This document shows, piece after piece, positions 17,882-29,019 of a stretch of 64,000 bases of DNA (its first letter is position 1; each line of letters starts with the position of its first letter). Both the position numbers and the translations under genes were made by a program. The DNA lies in contig CAVROI010000003.1 of assembly GCA_963722825.1 (NCBI GenBank), positions 983,764-1,047,763 of the forward strand, given 5' to 3'. This DNA comes from an uncultured Gemmatimonadales bacterium (GTDB lineage: Bacteria > Gemmatimonadota > Gemmatimonadetes > Gemmatimonadales > GWC2-71-9). The notes beneath the pieces were generated by a model, which saw only the letters and a list, made by a program, of their open reading frames with translations, made no database searches and was not told the origin of the DNA.

Positions 17882-20774
17882 CCGGTGAGCGGTGGGAGCG
17901 AATCAAGGAGGTCTTCTCCGCGGCACTGGAACGCGATCCCTCAGCTCGCGTTGCCTTTCTTGACGAGGCTTGCGCCGGGGACGCCGAGATGCGGCGCGAA
18001 GTGGACTCGCTAGCTCGCGGCCCACCACGCGTCCGACAGCTTTCTGCAAACTCCTGCTTCCGCCATCGCTCCGATGCCGCACCCAGCGCGCGGCGCCTTT
18101 GCCGACGGGGCGACGGTCGGCACCTACCGCATCCTGCGCTCGCTCGGCCACGGCGGGATGGCGACGGTGTACCTGGCGCAGGACCTCAAGCACAACCGGC
18201 CGTGGCGCTCAAGGTGCTCCATCCCGAGCTGGCTCACGCCCTCGGCGCGGACCGTTTCCTGCGCGAGATCGAAGTTGCCGCCAACCTGAGCCACCCTCAT
18301 ATCCTGCCATTGTTCGACTCGGGCCAGGCCGACGGTCTTCTCTATTACGTCATGCCGTACGTGGAGGGGGAGTCGCTGCGTGATCGCTTGCAGCGGGAGG
18401 TGCAGTTGCCGCTGGACGAGGCGCTCCGGATTGCGCAAGAAGTCGCAGATGCACTGGCCTTCGCACACGGGCACGGGATCATCCACCGAGACATCAAGCC
18501 GGAAAACGTGATGCTCAGCGGCGGCCATGCCTTGGTCGCCGACTTCGGGATCGCTCGTGCGCTGGGACAGGTCAACGGCACGCGTCTCACCGAGACCGGA
18601 ATGGCGGTGGGGACAGCCGCCTACATGTGCCCCGAACAGGCCAGCGCCGCAAGCCAGATCGACGGACGGACCGACATCTACAGCCTGGGCTGTGTTGTGT
18701 ACGAGATGCTGGCCGGGGAGCCGCCCTATACCGGGCCCACGGCTCAGGCGATCATCGCCAAGCGCTTCACGGATCCGGTGCCAAGTGTGCGGCGAATGCG
18801 AGCGGCGGTTGCCTGAAGGCCTCGACTCCGCGATCACGAAGGCGCTGGCACCCCTACCCGCCGACCGCTTTGCCACGGCGGCGGAGTTCGCCCGGGCGCT
18901 GCGACCGACCGCCGTTACGCCGCCGACCACCCCGACGGTGACGATGGGTGCGGCCCTGGGTGAGGGTCGAGGACGGTCGGCTCCCGGCGGCACGTCTGGG
19001 CGACGAATGCCGGTGACCGCGACGGCGCTGGGACTGGGCATCCTCATCGGCCTGGGCGTGTTGTTCGCATGGCAGCGGAGCCATGCCGGCGTCATAGATC
19101 CCACTGACACGAAGGTGCTGGCGGTCCTGCCATTCGAGAACCTGGGTGACACGGCGGATGCCTATTTCGCCGACGGCGTCGCCAACGAAGTGCGTAGCAA
19201 GCTCTCCCAGATTCAGCACCTGGAAGTGATCGCGCGAGGCAGCTCGAACGAATACCGGCGGACTACCAAGCCTCAGCAACAGATCGCGCGCGAGCTGGGC
19301 GCGGATTACTTGCTCACCGCTACGGTGCAGTCGGAAAGGCTGCGTTGGTGGAGGGAGCCGCGTGCGGGTTAGCCCCGAGCTGGTGGACGTGCACCCGGGT
19401 CATGCACCTCGCACCCGTTGGGGGCAGTCGTTCGACGCGGCGCTGACGGACGTCTTCCAGGTGCAGGCGGAGATTGCAGGCCAAGTGACCCAGGCGCTGA
19501 ATGTGGCGCTTGAGGATAGTGCCAAGCGTGAGCTGGCGAGTAAGCCGACACACAGCCTGCCTGCCTATGACGCCTATCTACGCGGCGAGGCTGCACTGGA
19601 GAGCGACCGACCTGGCAGCCGCCTCGAAGCGCTCGCTGCTTACGAGCAGGCTGTGGCGCTGGACTCCGGGTTCGTCGAAGCCTGGGCTGGATTGGCTCAG
19701 ACACGACTCCAGCTCTATTTGAGTGATCCGACACCTGCTCGAGCGGGGACGGTTCGCAATACGGATGAGCGGCTGCTGGCACTAGCGCCTACCCGGCCCG
19801 AGGGACACTTAGCCCTCAGTAAGTACTACTATGCCGTCGCCTGGGACGACCGCCGCGGGTTTATAGAGGACAGCATCGCGCTCTCGTTGGCTCCTACCGA
19901 TGCCGTGGCGCTAAACGCGGTAGGGTACGATGAGCTTTATCTCGGCCGCTGGGAGGAAGGGCGTCGGCACCTGGAGCAAGCGGTGCGGCTCGATCCACGC
20001 TCAGGCACCGGCACGGGAGGACTCGCGCGTGTCTTGCTCTGGACCCGCCGGTACGGCGAGGCTGCGCAGGCCTACGACCGCCTGCTTCAACAAGCTCCCG
20101 CAAGCCTACAGAGGCGCGGGCTCCGGGCGGTGGTAGCACTCGCCCAGGGTAACCTCGCCGGTGCGAGGGCGATCATCCAGGCGGCCCCGAAGGAGATTGA
20201 TCCCACCGCGCTCTTAGCGGCCCTCGGGAGTGGATTCGAGGAGGGGTCGACCAGTAACGTCTATGACCTCGTCTGGGTATTGGACCGAGCCCAGCAGCAG
20301 GTTGTGCTACGACTCAGGCCGAGCGCCTTCGATGACGACCGTGGCTCGTGGGGACTTGTCCTCGCTCAGACCCATGCTCTCCTCGGCGATCCGGCTAAGG
20401 CCCGCATCTATGCCGATTCCGCGCGCCTAGCCTTTCAGGAACAGTTGCGGGCTACGCCCGAAGACCCGCCACGCCATATCTACCTCGGCCTCTCACTGGC
20501 ATACCTAGGGCAAAAGGCAGCGGCGATCCGTGAGGGCCAGCGCGGCGTGGCACTCATGCCGCTCAGCCGCGACGCTCTCGACGGACCCTACCTGCAACAT
20601 CAACTAGTCCGTATCTACCTCCTGGTGGGGGAGCCGGAAAAAGCCCTCGATCAACTGGAACCACTCCTCAAGATTCCTTACTACCTCTCGCCGGCCTGGC
20701 TAACGATCGACCCGAACTTCGCGCCGTTGCGGGGCAATCCCCGCTTTGAACGACTGTTGGAAGGTAAGACCTAG
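17878..20774 (+). pseudogene. Ser/Thr protein kinase with TM segment, periplasmic TolB-N-like region and TPR tail; four frameshifts
   Basis: Collinear with the intact paralog 20849..23731 but spread over ORFs 17821..18816, 18074..18289, 18527..19372 and 19362..20774. Indels near 18010-18014, 18200-18203, 18810-18812 and 19335-19340. Confidence 0.8.
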
Positions 20775-20848
20775 GAGGAGCTGGCTGCTCGCGAGGCATG
20801 CCTGTCGGCGAGTGGCGCATTCGCTGTGGTGACTACCGAGGCATCTAG

Positions 20849-23731
20849 ATGACCAGTGAGCAGGGCGGTCAACTGTCCGAGCGGTGGGAGCGAATCAAGC
20901 AGATCTTCGCCTCGGCAGTCGAGCGCGATCCCTCAGCTCGCGTTGCCTTTCTTGACGAGGCTTGCGGCGGGGACGCCGAGATGCGGCGCGAAGTGGAGTC
21001 GCTCCTCGCGGCCCATCAGACCTCGGACCCCTTTCTCGAAACTCCGGCAGCGATCGCGTCCGCCGCGTCTGCCCCGCAGGCCCGCGGCTTAATGGAAGGG
21101 CAGACTCTCGGGCCCTATCGCATTCTCCGCACCCTCGGCCAAGGCGGGATGGCCACCGTCTACCTCGCCCGGGACGATCGGCACCATCGCCCGGTTGCGC
21201 TCAAGGCACTCCATCCCGAGCTGGCGCACGCGCTCGGGGCCGAGCGTTTCCTCCGCGAGATCGAGGTGGAGGCCAACCTCACCCACCCGCACATCCTGCC
21301 GCTCCACGACTCCGGCGAGGCCGGCGGGCTCCTCTACTACGTGATGCCGTATATCGAGGGGGAGTCGTTGCGGGATCGCTTGCGCCGGGAGACCCAGCTC
21401 CCGATTGATGATGCGCTCCAGATCGCGCGGGAGGTGGCCGACGCGCTGGCCTGCGCGCACGGGCATGGAGTGATTCACCGGGACATCAAACCGGAGAACA
21501 TCCTCTTGAGCGGCGGCCACGCCCTGGTCGCCGACTTCGGGATCGCGAAGGCAGTCGGACAGGCCGATCGGGCGCAACTGACCGAGACCGGGATGGCGGT
21601 GGGGACCGCCGCGTACATGTCGCCAGAGCAAGCCAGCGCGGGCCAGATCGACGGGCGGAGCGACATCTATGGCCTAGGTTCCGTGCTGTATGAGATGCTC
21701 GCGGGCGAGCCACCCTATACCGGTCCGACCGTTCAAGCCATCATCGGCAAGCGCTTCACGGATCCGGTCCCGTCGGTGCGGCGGATGCGAGGGGCGGTCT
21801 CGGAGGGACTCGACTTCGCGATCACCAAGGCGCTGGCACCCCTGCCCGCCGACCGCTTTGCCACGGCGGCGGAGTTCGCCCGAGCGCTACAGCCTAGCCT
21901 CCCGGCGGGGATCACCGTGCCGACGGTCCCCCGGTCAGCTGCCAACCCGGGCGCGCGCGGCTGGCGACGCGTACCGTTGGCGGCAGGAACCCTCGGGCTC
22001 GGCATTCTCATCGGCCTCGGCGTGCTGTTCGCCTGGCGGCGGAGTCATCCGGAGGCGAACTCGGACGCCAGACTGCTGGCCGTGCTTCCGTTCGAGAACC
22101 TGGGCGACTCGGCCGACGCCTACTTCGCCGACGGCGTCGCCAACGATCTGCGAACGAAGCTGTCCCAAGTGCAGGGCCTCCAGGTCATCGCCCGTGGCAG
22201 CTCCAACGAGTACAAGCAAACCAGGAAGTCCCAGCAGCAAATCGCCCGTGAGCTGGGGGTGGACTACCTGCTCACTGGTACCGTCCAGTGGGAAAAGGGG
22301 GGCGCGGGAGCGAGCCGGGTACACGTGACACCGGAGCTGGTGGATGTGCGGCCGGGCCATGCTCCGAAAAACCGCTGGGGACGATCGTTCGACGCCGCGG
22401 TCACCGACGTGTTCCAGGTGCAGGCCGACATCGCCGAACAGGTGGCCCAGGCGCTCGACGTGGCCCTCGCCGATGGCGTCAGACGCGAGCTGGAGGTGAA
22501 ACCGACTCGGAGCCTGCCGGCCTACGAAGCGTTCCTGCGGGGGGAGGCTGCGTCTCGGGGGATGAGCGCCTACGAGCCGTCGGAGGCACTCCATCAGGCG
22601 GTGTCCGCCTACGAGCAGGCGGTGGCGCTCGACACGGCGTTCGCGCTCGCGTGGGCTCAGCTCGCCCGCACACAGGCAGAGCTGTACTACGCCGGCATCC
22701 CGCTCCCGGCGGTGGGGGAGGCGGCCAGGAGGGCCGCGGAGCGAGTCCGCGCGTTGACGCCGAACCGGCCCGAAGCGCATCAGGCGGCAGCCGCCTACTA
22801 CAGCAATGTGCCGAGAGACCACGCCCGCGCCTACCTCGAGGACAGTACCGCACTGGCACTCGCGCCGGGCAGCGCCGAAGTCCTGGCTGCGCTTGGGTTC
22901 GAGGAGTTCTGTCTCGGCCGCCTAACCGCGGCGCGCGCGCATTTGGAACAGGGGGTCCGGCTCGATCCCCGCTCGGCGCGCGTGGCCCAAGGACTCGGAG
23001 ACCTGCTGCTCTCCATTCGTCAGTATCCCGAGGCCGAGCGTGCCCTGCAGCGCGCGCTCGAGCTCGCGCCGACCGATCTGGGAGTGCGTGACGAGCTGGC
23101 CACTCTCGCGCTGGCGCAGGGCGATCTGCCACGTGCGCGTATCATCGCCCAGACGGTGCCCAAGGAGGTTGATCCCACGGATCTCGTCGCTGCCATTGCT
23201 ACCTATCAGGATCTCGGGTGGGTGCTGGACGACGCGCAGCAGGCGCTGCTGTTGCGTCTAACCCCGAGCGCGTTCGGCGATGACCGCGCGCTGTGGGGCC
23301 TCCTCCTCGCCGAGCAGCACGCGCTTCGGGGCGACAGTGCCCAGGCGCGAGTGTACGCGGACTCGGCCCGTCTGGCCTTACAGCAGCAGCTCGAGGCGGC
23401 ACCGGAGGACGCTCAGCGTCACTCGATGCTCGGGCGTGCCCTGGCCATTCTGCGACAGAAGACGGCGGCGGTACGGGAGGGTGAACGCGGCGTCGCGCTC
23501 CTGCCGATATCCAAGGACGTCTTCCTCGGCCCATACCTTCAGCATCAGCTCGCGCTCATCTACATGCGGGTCGGTGACCCAGGCAACGCCCTGGACCAGC
23601 TCGAGCCGCTACTCAAAGTGCCCTACTACTTGTCACCCGCTTGGCTCAAGATCGACCCCAACTTCGCGCCGCTCCGGGGTAATCCTCGGTTCGAGCGGTT
23701 GGCGAACGGGACGTACGCCGGAACTTTCTGA
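20849..23731 (+). CDS. Ser/Thr protein kinase with N-terminal sigma-associated motif, TM segment and TPR tail
   Basis: ERWERIKQIF...DEACGGDAEMRREVESLL N-terminus. Kinase motifs GQGGMATVYLA, HRDIKPEN, DFGIA, YMSPEQ. TM GILIGLGVLFAW. TPR-like C-terminus. Confidence 0.9.
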   Translation: MTSEQGGQLSERWERIKQIFASAVERDPSARVAFLDEACGGDAEMRREVESLLAAHQTSDPFLETPAAIASAASAPQARGLMEGQTLGPYRILRTLGQGGMATVYLARDDRHHRPVALKALHPELAHALGAERFLREIEVEANLTHPHILPLHDSGEAGGLLYYVMPYIEGESLRDRLRRETQLPIDDALQIAREVADALACAHGHGVIHRDIKPENILLSGGHALVADFGIAKAVGQADRAQLTETGMAVGTAAYMSPEQASAGQIDGRSDIYGLGSVLYEMLAGEPPYTGPTVQAIIGKRFTDPVPSVRRMRGAVSEGLDFAITKALAPLPADRFATAAEFARALQPSLPAGITVPTVPRSAANPGARGWRRVPLAAGTLGLGILIGLGVLFAWRRSHPEANSDARLLAVLPFENLGDSADAYFADGVANDLRTKLSQVQGLQVIARGSSNEYKQTRKSQQQIARELGVDYLLTGTVQWEKGGAGASRVHVTPELVDVRPGHAPKNRWGRSFDAAVTDVFQVQADIAEQVAQALDVALADGVRRELEVKPTRSLPAYEAFLRGEAASRGMSAYEPSEALHQAVSAYEQAVALDTAFALAWAQLARTQAELYYAGIPLPAVGEAARRAAERVRALTPNRPEAHQAAAAYYSNVPRDHARAYLEDSTALALAPGSAEVLAALGFEEFCLGRLTAARAHLEQGVRLDPRSARVAQGLGDLLLSIRQYPEAERALQRALELAPTDLGVRDELATLALAQGDLPRARIIAQTVPKEVDPTDLVAAIATYQDLGWVLDDAQQALLLRLTPSAFGDDRALWGLLLAEQHALRGDSAQARVYADSARLALQQQLEAAPEDAQRHSMLGRALAILRQKTAAVREGERGVALLPISKDVFLGPYLQHQLALIYMRVGDPGNALDQLEPLLKVPYYLSPAWLKIDPNFAPLRGNPRFERLANGTYAGTF

Positions 23732-23851
23732 ATCCTATTGTAGTCTCTACGCGTCTCTCCCCTCACCGATGGCCCTCGGGTGGAAGAGCGCCAGGACGAG
23801 GCGAAGCATCCGAGTCGTGCTGTGTCTGTCGGCGCTGACCAGTGCACACAA

Positions 23852-23888
23852 TTTGGCTCACCTGCGCAGTGGCGGCCCGGAACGTCCA
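23852..23888. repeat. 37-nt repeat, copy 2
   Basis: tttggctcacctgcgcagtggcggcccggaacgtcca. Overlaps the stop codon of the minus-strand gene 23858..24223. Confidence 0.75.
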
Positions 23889-24223
23889 CCGACCGTCGCC
23901 GCAAGACGCTTGGGCGCGGCGAGTCGATATGACTCTGCCAGGAGCTCCTGAAACATCGGCACGGAGACACGATCGAGCCGGATACCGAGCCAGCGACCGC
24001 GCCATTCGTCCGAAAAGATTGCCGGATCTGACCGCATCAGAGCGTCGAGATTGGCCGGCGTCGTCTTGAGGACCACGAGCTGACGGTTCTTCGGCAGGGC
24101 GGCGAAAATCTTACTTCGGACCCGGAAATCGGGCGTATCGAAATGCGAGCTCTCGATCGCTTCCGGAAGGGCCAGCGCCAGGCGCCGCACCACGGCCGAT
24201 GTAAGACGTCGCCGACGAATCAT
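23858..24223 (-). CDS. MmcQ/YjbR-family-like small protein
   Basis: 121 aa; HFDTPDFRVRSKIFAAL pattern recalled from YjbR-type proteins. Assignment from memory only. Confidence 0.55.
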   Translation of the reverse strand: MIRRRRLTSAVVRRLALALPEAIESSHFDTPDFRVRSKIFAALPKNRQLVVLKTTPANLDALMRSDPAIFSDEWRGRWLGIRLDRVSVPMFQELLAESYRLAAPKRLAATVGGRSGPPLRR

Positions 24224-24379
24224 GGATCCTCGCAGCGCCGCTCGAGCCCGCGGAGGTTAGGGTGGCATGGCCGCGAAGAAGCCAAAAAAACGACCAGAAT
24301 GCAGCGACGCATGGTAGCTCCCGGTGCGAGATGCCGGGACTCTACTCGAGGGGCGTCCTCTCACCGTGACTTCGGGAGC

Positions 24380-24397
24380 GGCCTATCGACCTGCGCA

Positions 24398-24408
<11 letters not shown>
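24380..24408. repeat. 29-nt motif, copy 1 (ggcctatcgacctgcgcatcagctggaag)
   Basis: 25 of 29 nt identical to 31375..31403. Overlaps the stop codon of 24398..24760. Confidence 0.7.
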
Positions 24409-25197
<789 letters not shown>

Positions 25198-25728
25198 TCA
25201 CTTGTCGGTCGATGGTATCAGCCGATAGCGCAGCTGCACGGTGTGAGTGTTGAGTTTCCGGACGTCCAATAGCGCCGCCTTGTAGTCGGCATCGACGTCT
25301 CTCAGTAGAGGCAACCCCGCGCCGAAGAGCACCGGTTCCACGACCAGATACAGTTCGTCCACCAACCCCGAGTTCACGAGCTCGCTCACCGTTTGCGTCC
25401 CACCGATAATGACGGCCTCATGATGGCCCCTCGCCTCGAGAAGCCTTACGATCTCTTGCGGCGTCTCATCCGTAAATACCACGTTCGACTGCGACGGTGC
25501 AGCCGCGGTATCGTGCGTGAGAACGATCAGCGTTCCTTCTCCCTTGAGTGGCATGTGATCCGGAGTCAGGATCTCGTAGGTCGTCTTCCCCATGACCACG
25601 GCCTTCATTCGCTGACAGATCTCCAGGAGCCCCTGTCCATACTCCTGCGACAACCAATCGGGGACGTTCGCTCGATTGGAAATCATCCCGTTGATGGACG
25701 ACGCGAGATACACGCTGATGTTCATCAT
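25198..25728 (-). CDS. dihydrofolate-reductase-like (RibD C-terminal domain) family protein
   Basis: MMNISVYLASSINGMIS..., VVMGKTTYE, VIIGGTQTVSELVNSGLVDELYLVVEPVLFGAG. Confidence 0.75.
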   Translation of the reverse strand: MMNISVYLASSINGMISNRANVPDWLSQEYGQGLLEICQRMKAVVMGKTTYEILTPDHMPLKGEGTLIVLTHDTAAAPSQSNVVFTDETPQEIVRLLEARGHHEAVIIGGTQTVSELVNSGLVDELYLVVEPVLFGAGLPLLRDVDADYKAALLDVRKLNTHTVQLRYRLIPSTDK

Positions 25729-26164
25729 GGTCTCCGCTCGACTTGATTGTTTGAGTGTATTCAGAGTCTTCTCGACCGCGCCTCGGACCTCGCCTGCCGA
25801 AGTGCTCATCGGCCAACAGCAGCGGCGCGGTCCCCACCCCCGGTGTATACCCCCCTTGGCGCAGCGTCCAGAGTGGGTGGCCGATCCCGTTCAGGAGCTC
25901 GACCATCACCCAGGCCCAGGCGAGCGGTACGGCAACCGGCCAGTCGCGCCGCGCGGGCCAGAACCAGCAGCAGACCCCACAGGCCAGCAGCGACACGTTC
26001 GCCACCAGAAAGCCCCGCTCCGGATCGTCCGAGATCAGGCCACTCACGAAGCGCGCCGGGGGGAACGATTCCCACAGCCGGACGGCGTACTCCTCCGCCG
26101 GGTGCGCCGCTTGAGCGAGAACGAGAGCCCCGAACGCCGTGGAGAGTCGGCTCACCCGTGCCAT
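25466..26164 (-). CDS. HXXEE-domain membrane protein; 3' end uncertain (ORF runs on into the next gene)
   Basis: AGGAGG-type RBS and ATG 26164. HPAEE motif (LAQAAHPAEEY) and hydrophobic helices for about 120 aa. The rest of the ORF overlaps 25198..25728 in another frame and looks non-native. Confidence 0.5.
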   Translation of the reverse strand: MARVSRLSTAFGALVLAQAAHPAEEYAVRLWESFPPARFVSGLISDDPERGFLVANVSLLACGVCCWFWPARRDWPVAVPLAWAWVMVELLNGIGHPLWTLRQGGYTPGVGTAPLLLADEHFGRRGPRRGREDSEYTQTIKSSGDHDEHQRVSRVVHQRDDFQSSERPRLVVAGVWTGAPGDLSANEGRGHGEDDLRDPDSGSHATQGRRNADRSHARYRGCTVAVERGIYG

Positions 26165-26170
26165 GCGCTT

Positions 26171-26285
26171 GCCTCCTCCTCTTCCGGCCGTCCGAACATG
26201 AGCTGAATCAGCCCCCGGTCTCCGGGTGCGCCACGATGTAGACCGGATCGCCCGGCTGGAGCACCGCGACTCCCGCCGGCCGGCC
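26171..26285. repeat. degenerate copy of the 3' end of the antiporter gene (compare 32403..32520)
   Basis: ccggccgtccgaacatgagctgaatcagcccccggtc is identical in both copies. Overall about 85-90% identity by eye over about 115 nt, with a 1-nt gap. Encodes ...GDRGLIQLMFGRPEEE on the minus strand. Confidence 0.8.
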
Positions 26286-26334
26286 ATCCCCGCTTGTACG
26301 AGAGCGCGGCGGTGAGAACTACTGGCAGTGAAGA

Positions 26335-28968
26335 GTGATTGCCGGTATGGTAGAACATCCCCATAAGGAATGGTCTTGGTTGGCAGGCCTGGCCGAGCAG
26401 CTTCAAGGCGGCTTAACGGACCGCTACCACCTCGAGCGCGAGCTCGGTCGCGGCGGGATGGCCACGGTCTTCCTCGCACAAGACCTCAAGCACGACCGCC
26501 TGGTCGCGCTCAAGGTGATTCACCGGGAACTCGCCGCCACCCTGGGATTGGAGCGCTTTCTCCGCGAAATCGGGGTCACCGCGCGTCTGGACCACCCCCA
26601 CATTCTACCCATGCTGGACTCTGGAGACGTTGCGGGCCTGCCCTGGTACACCATGCCATACGTCGAAGGAGAAAGCCTGAGAGATCGCTTGCGTCGGGAG
26701 ATCCAGCTGCCGCTGCACGAGGCGCTCCGATTCGCCCATGACATCGCCGATGCTCTCGAGTATGCGCACGGGCACGGGGTCATACACCGTGATATCAAAC
26801 CCGAAAACGTTCTGGTCGCTCACGGGCATGCTCGAGTGGCCGACTTCGGCATGGCGCGAGCCCTCCAGGCTGCCGGTGACCATCGTCTCACGGAAACGGG
26901 AATCGCCCTGGGCACTCCGGCATACATGAGCCCGGAGCAGGCCACCGGCGAGCGGGAGGTGGACGCGCGAAGTGATCAGTACAGCCTGGCGTGCGTGCTA
27001 TACGAAATGTTGGCAGGCGAGCCACCGTATACCGGGCCCAATGCTCAAGCGGTCATTGCGAAACGCTTCAGCGAACCGATTCCCCATCTGAGCACGGTGC
27101 GTTCCGTGCCGGCCCAGGTGGAGGCGACGGTCGCGCGCGGACTCGCAAAGACGCCGGCCGATCGCTTTTCCAGCGTGAGCGCATTTGCTCAAGCTCTGGA
27201 TGTCGGCTCTGGTCATCTGCCGCAAGAGAGTACCCGAAGACGCGTACTCGGGCGCGGGCTCCTTCTCGGTGCCGGAGCCGTGATCGGGCTGGCGATCCTG
27301 TTCGCGCGACAGCGTGGCGATTCGCGTACGGGCCCCCCGGACGGGCCCTTGACCGTCGCGGTGCTTCCTTTCGAGAACCTGGGTGACTCCACCGATGGCT
27401 ATTTCGCCGACGGAGTGACCGACGCCGTGCGGGGGAAGCTCGCGGCGCTGCCGGGACTGCGCGTCACGGCTCGCAACAGCTCCAATCAATACCGCATCAC
27501 CCGAAAGGATGCGCGGCAGGTCGGCAAGGAGCTGGGCGTGGCGTACCTCCTCACCGCGACCGTCCGGTGGCAGAAGACCGGCAGAACGAGCCGCGTGCAG
27601 GTGACACCGGAGCTGGTCCAGGCCTCCTCCAGATCAACGAAGTGGCAGCAGCCATTCTCGGCGGCGCTTACCGATGTCTTCGGAGTGCAAACGGAGATCG
27701 CGGAGCGAGTCGCGCAGGCGCTGAACATCGCCTTGGGCGACAGCGCCAAACAGCATCTCACCAGGGCCCCGACCTCCAGTCTCCCAGCCTACGATGCCTT
27801 CCTTCGAGGCGAGGCCGCATCGCAAGGGATGAGCGTGACCGATCCGTCGAGTCTGCGTCGCGCAATCGCGGCGTATGAGCAGGCGGTGTCACTCGACTCG
27901 GGTTTTGTCGAAGCCTGGTCCCAACTCTCACGAGCCAGAGCCATCCTTTACTACATCGCCGTCCCCACCTCCGCTCTCGCCGCGGCGACGCTCAGCGCGG
28001 CGTCGCGCGCCCTGGCGCTGGCCCCCGATCGGCCCGAAGGGCATCGGGGGATGAGCGCGTATTACGCCAATGTTCTGGGCGATATCGGGCGAGCGTTCGC
28101 GGAGGATAGTCTGGCCGTCGCGCTAGCCCCTGTGAATGCGGACCTGCTCGTTTCCGTGGCGAGGAAGGAGATGGCGCTCAGTCGGTGGACCAGCGCGGTG
28201 GCTCATCTCGAGCAGGCGAGCGGGCTGGATCCCCGGTCGGTCCTCACCGCGACCCGGCTCGGCTTTGCGCTGTCGTGGCTACGGCGCTACCCGGCTGCGC
28301 TTCACGCCTATGATCGAGCCATGGCTCTGGCGCCGGGCAGCTTGTACTCGTACGGCGAGACGGCCCAGGTGTACGTCTCCCGGGGCGATGCCGCCGCTGC
28401 CAGGAGAGTGATGGATCTCGCCAAGCAGGAAGTGGATACGGCCAAGGTCGTCGCGTACTTCGTTTCCGTGCTCCCCTGGATCCTCACCGACGACGAGCAG
28501 GCGGCCGCCATCGGACTCACGCCACACGCCTTCGACGACGATCGGGCACATTGGGGGCTCGTCCTGGCCGAGATCTACCGGCAACGAGGTGATCGGGACG
28601 AGGCGCGAGCCTACGCCGACTCGGCGCGCCTCGTCCTCTCTCGGCAAGTCACCGACGCTCCGAACGACGCAGGCCTGCACGCAGACCTGGGAACGGCGCT
28701 GGCCTATCTCGGTCGGAAGGCGGAAGCGATGCGAGAGGGTGAGCGGAGTGTCGCTCTCGTTCCCATTCGGAAGGACGCCGTGGAAGGCACCAGTCGTGAG
28801 GAACAACTCGTGGAGATCTATCTCATGCTTGGTGAGACGGAGAAGGCCCTGGACCATCTGGAGCCGCTGCTCTCCATGCCTGGCTATCTGTCGGGTGCAC
28901 GATTGCGAATCGATCCCGGCTTCGCGTCGCTGCGAGGGAATGCGCGGTTCGAGCGTCTCATGAAGTGA
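26335..28968 (+). CDS. Ser/Thr protein kinase with TM segment and TPR tail (third paralog; lacks the N-terminal ERWERIK motif)
   Basis: GRGGMATVFLA, HRDIKPEN, DFGMA, YMSPEQ; TM LLLGAGAVIGLAILFA; TPR-like tail ending RFERLMK as in the paralogs. Start is either GTG 26335 or ATG 26347. Confidence 0.85.
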   Translation: MIAGMVEHPHKEWSWLAGLAEQLQGGLTDRYHLERELGRGGMATVFLAQDLKHDRLVALKVIHRELAATLGLERFLREIGVTARLDHPHILPMLDSGDVAGLPWYTMPYVEGESLRDRLRREIQLPLHEALRFAHDIADALEYAHGHGVIHRDIKPENVLVAHGHARVADFGMARALQAAGDHRLTETGIALGTPAYMSPEQATGEREVDARSDQYSLACVLYEMLAGEPPYTGPNAQAVIAKRFSEPIPHLSTVRSVPAQVEATVARGLAKTPADRFSSVSAFAQALDVGSGHLPQESTRRRVLGRGLLLGAGAVIGLAILFARQRGDSRTGPPDGPLTVAVLPFENLGDSTDGYFADGVTDAVRGKLAALPGLRVTARNSSNQYRITRKDARQVGKELGVAYLLTATVRWQKTGRTSRVQVTPELVQASSRSTKWQQPFSAALTDVFGVQTEIAERVAQALNIALGDSAKQHLTRAPTSSLPAYDAFLRGEAASQGMSVTDPSSLRRAIAAYEQAVSLDSGFVEAWSQLSRARAILYYIAVPTSALAAATLSAASRALALAPDRPEGHRGMSAYYANVLGDIGRAFAEDSLAVALAPVNADLLVSVARKEMALSRWTSAVAHLEQASGLDPRSVLTATRLGFALSWLRRYPAALHAYDRAMALAPGSLYSYGETAQVYVSRGDAAAARRVMDLAKQEVDTAKVVAYFVSVLPWILTDDEQAAAIGLTPHAFDDDRAHWGLVLAEIYRQRGDRDEARAYADSARLVLSRQVTDAPNDAGLHADLGTALAYLGRKAEAMREGERSVALVPIRKDAVEGTSREEQLVEIYLMLGETEKALDHLEPLLSMPGYLSGARLRIDPGFASLRGNARFERLMK

Positions 28969-29019
28969 GGAAGTCCGGCTCGGCGGCACGCCGGTCATTG
29001 GAAGATGGCGCGGAAAGCA

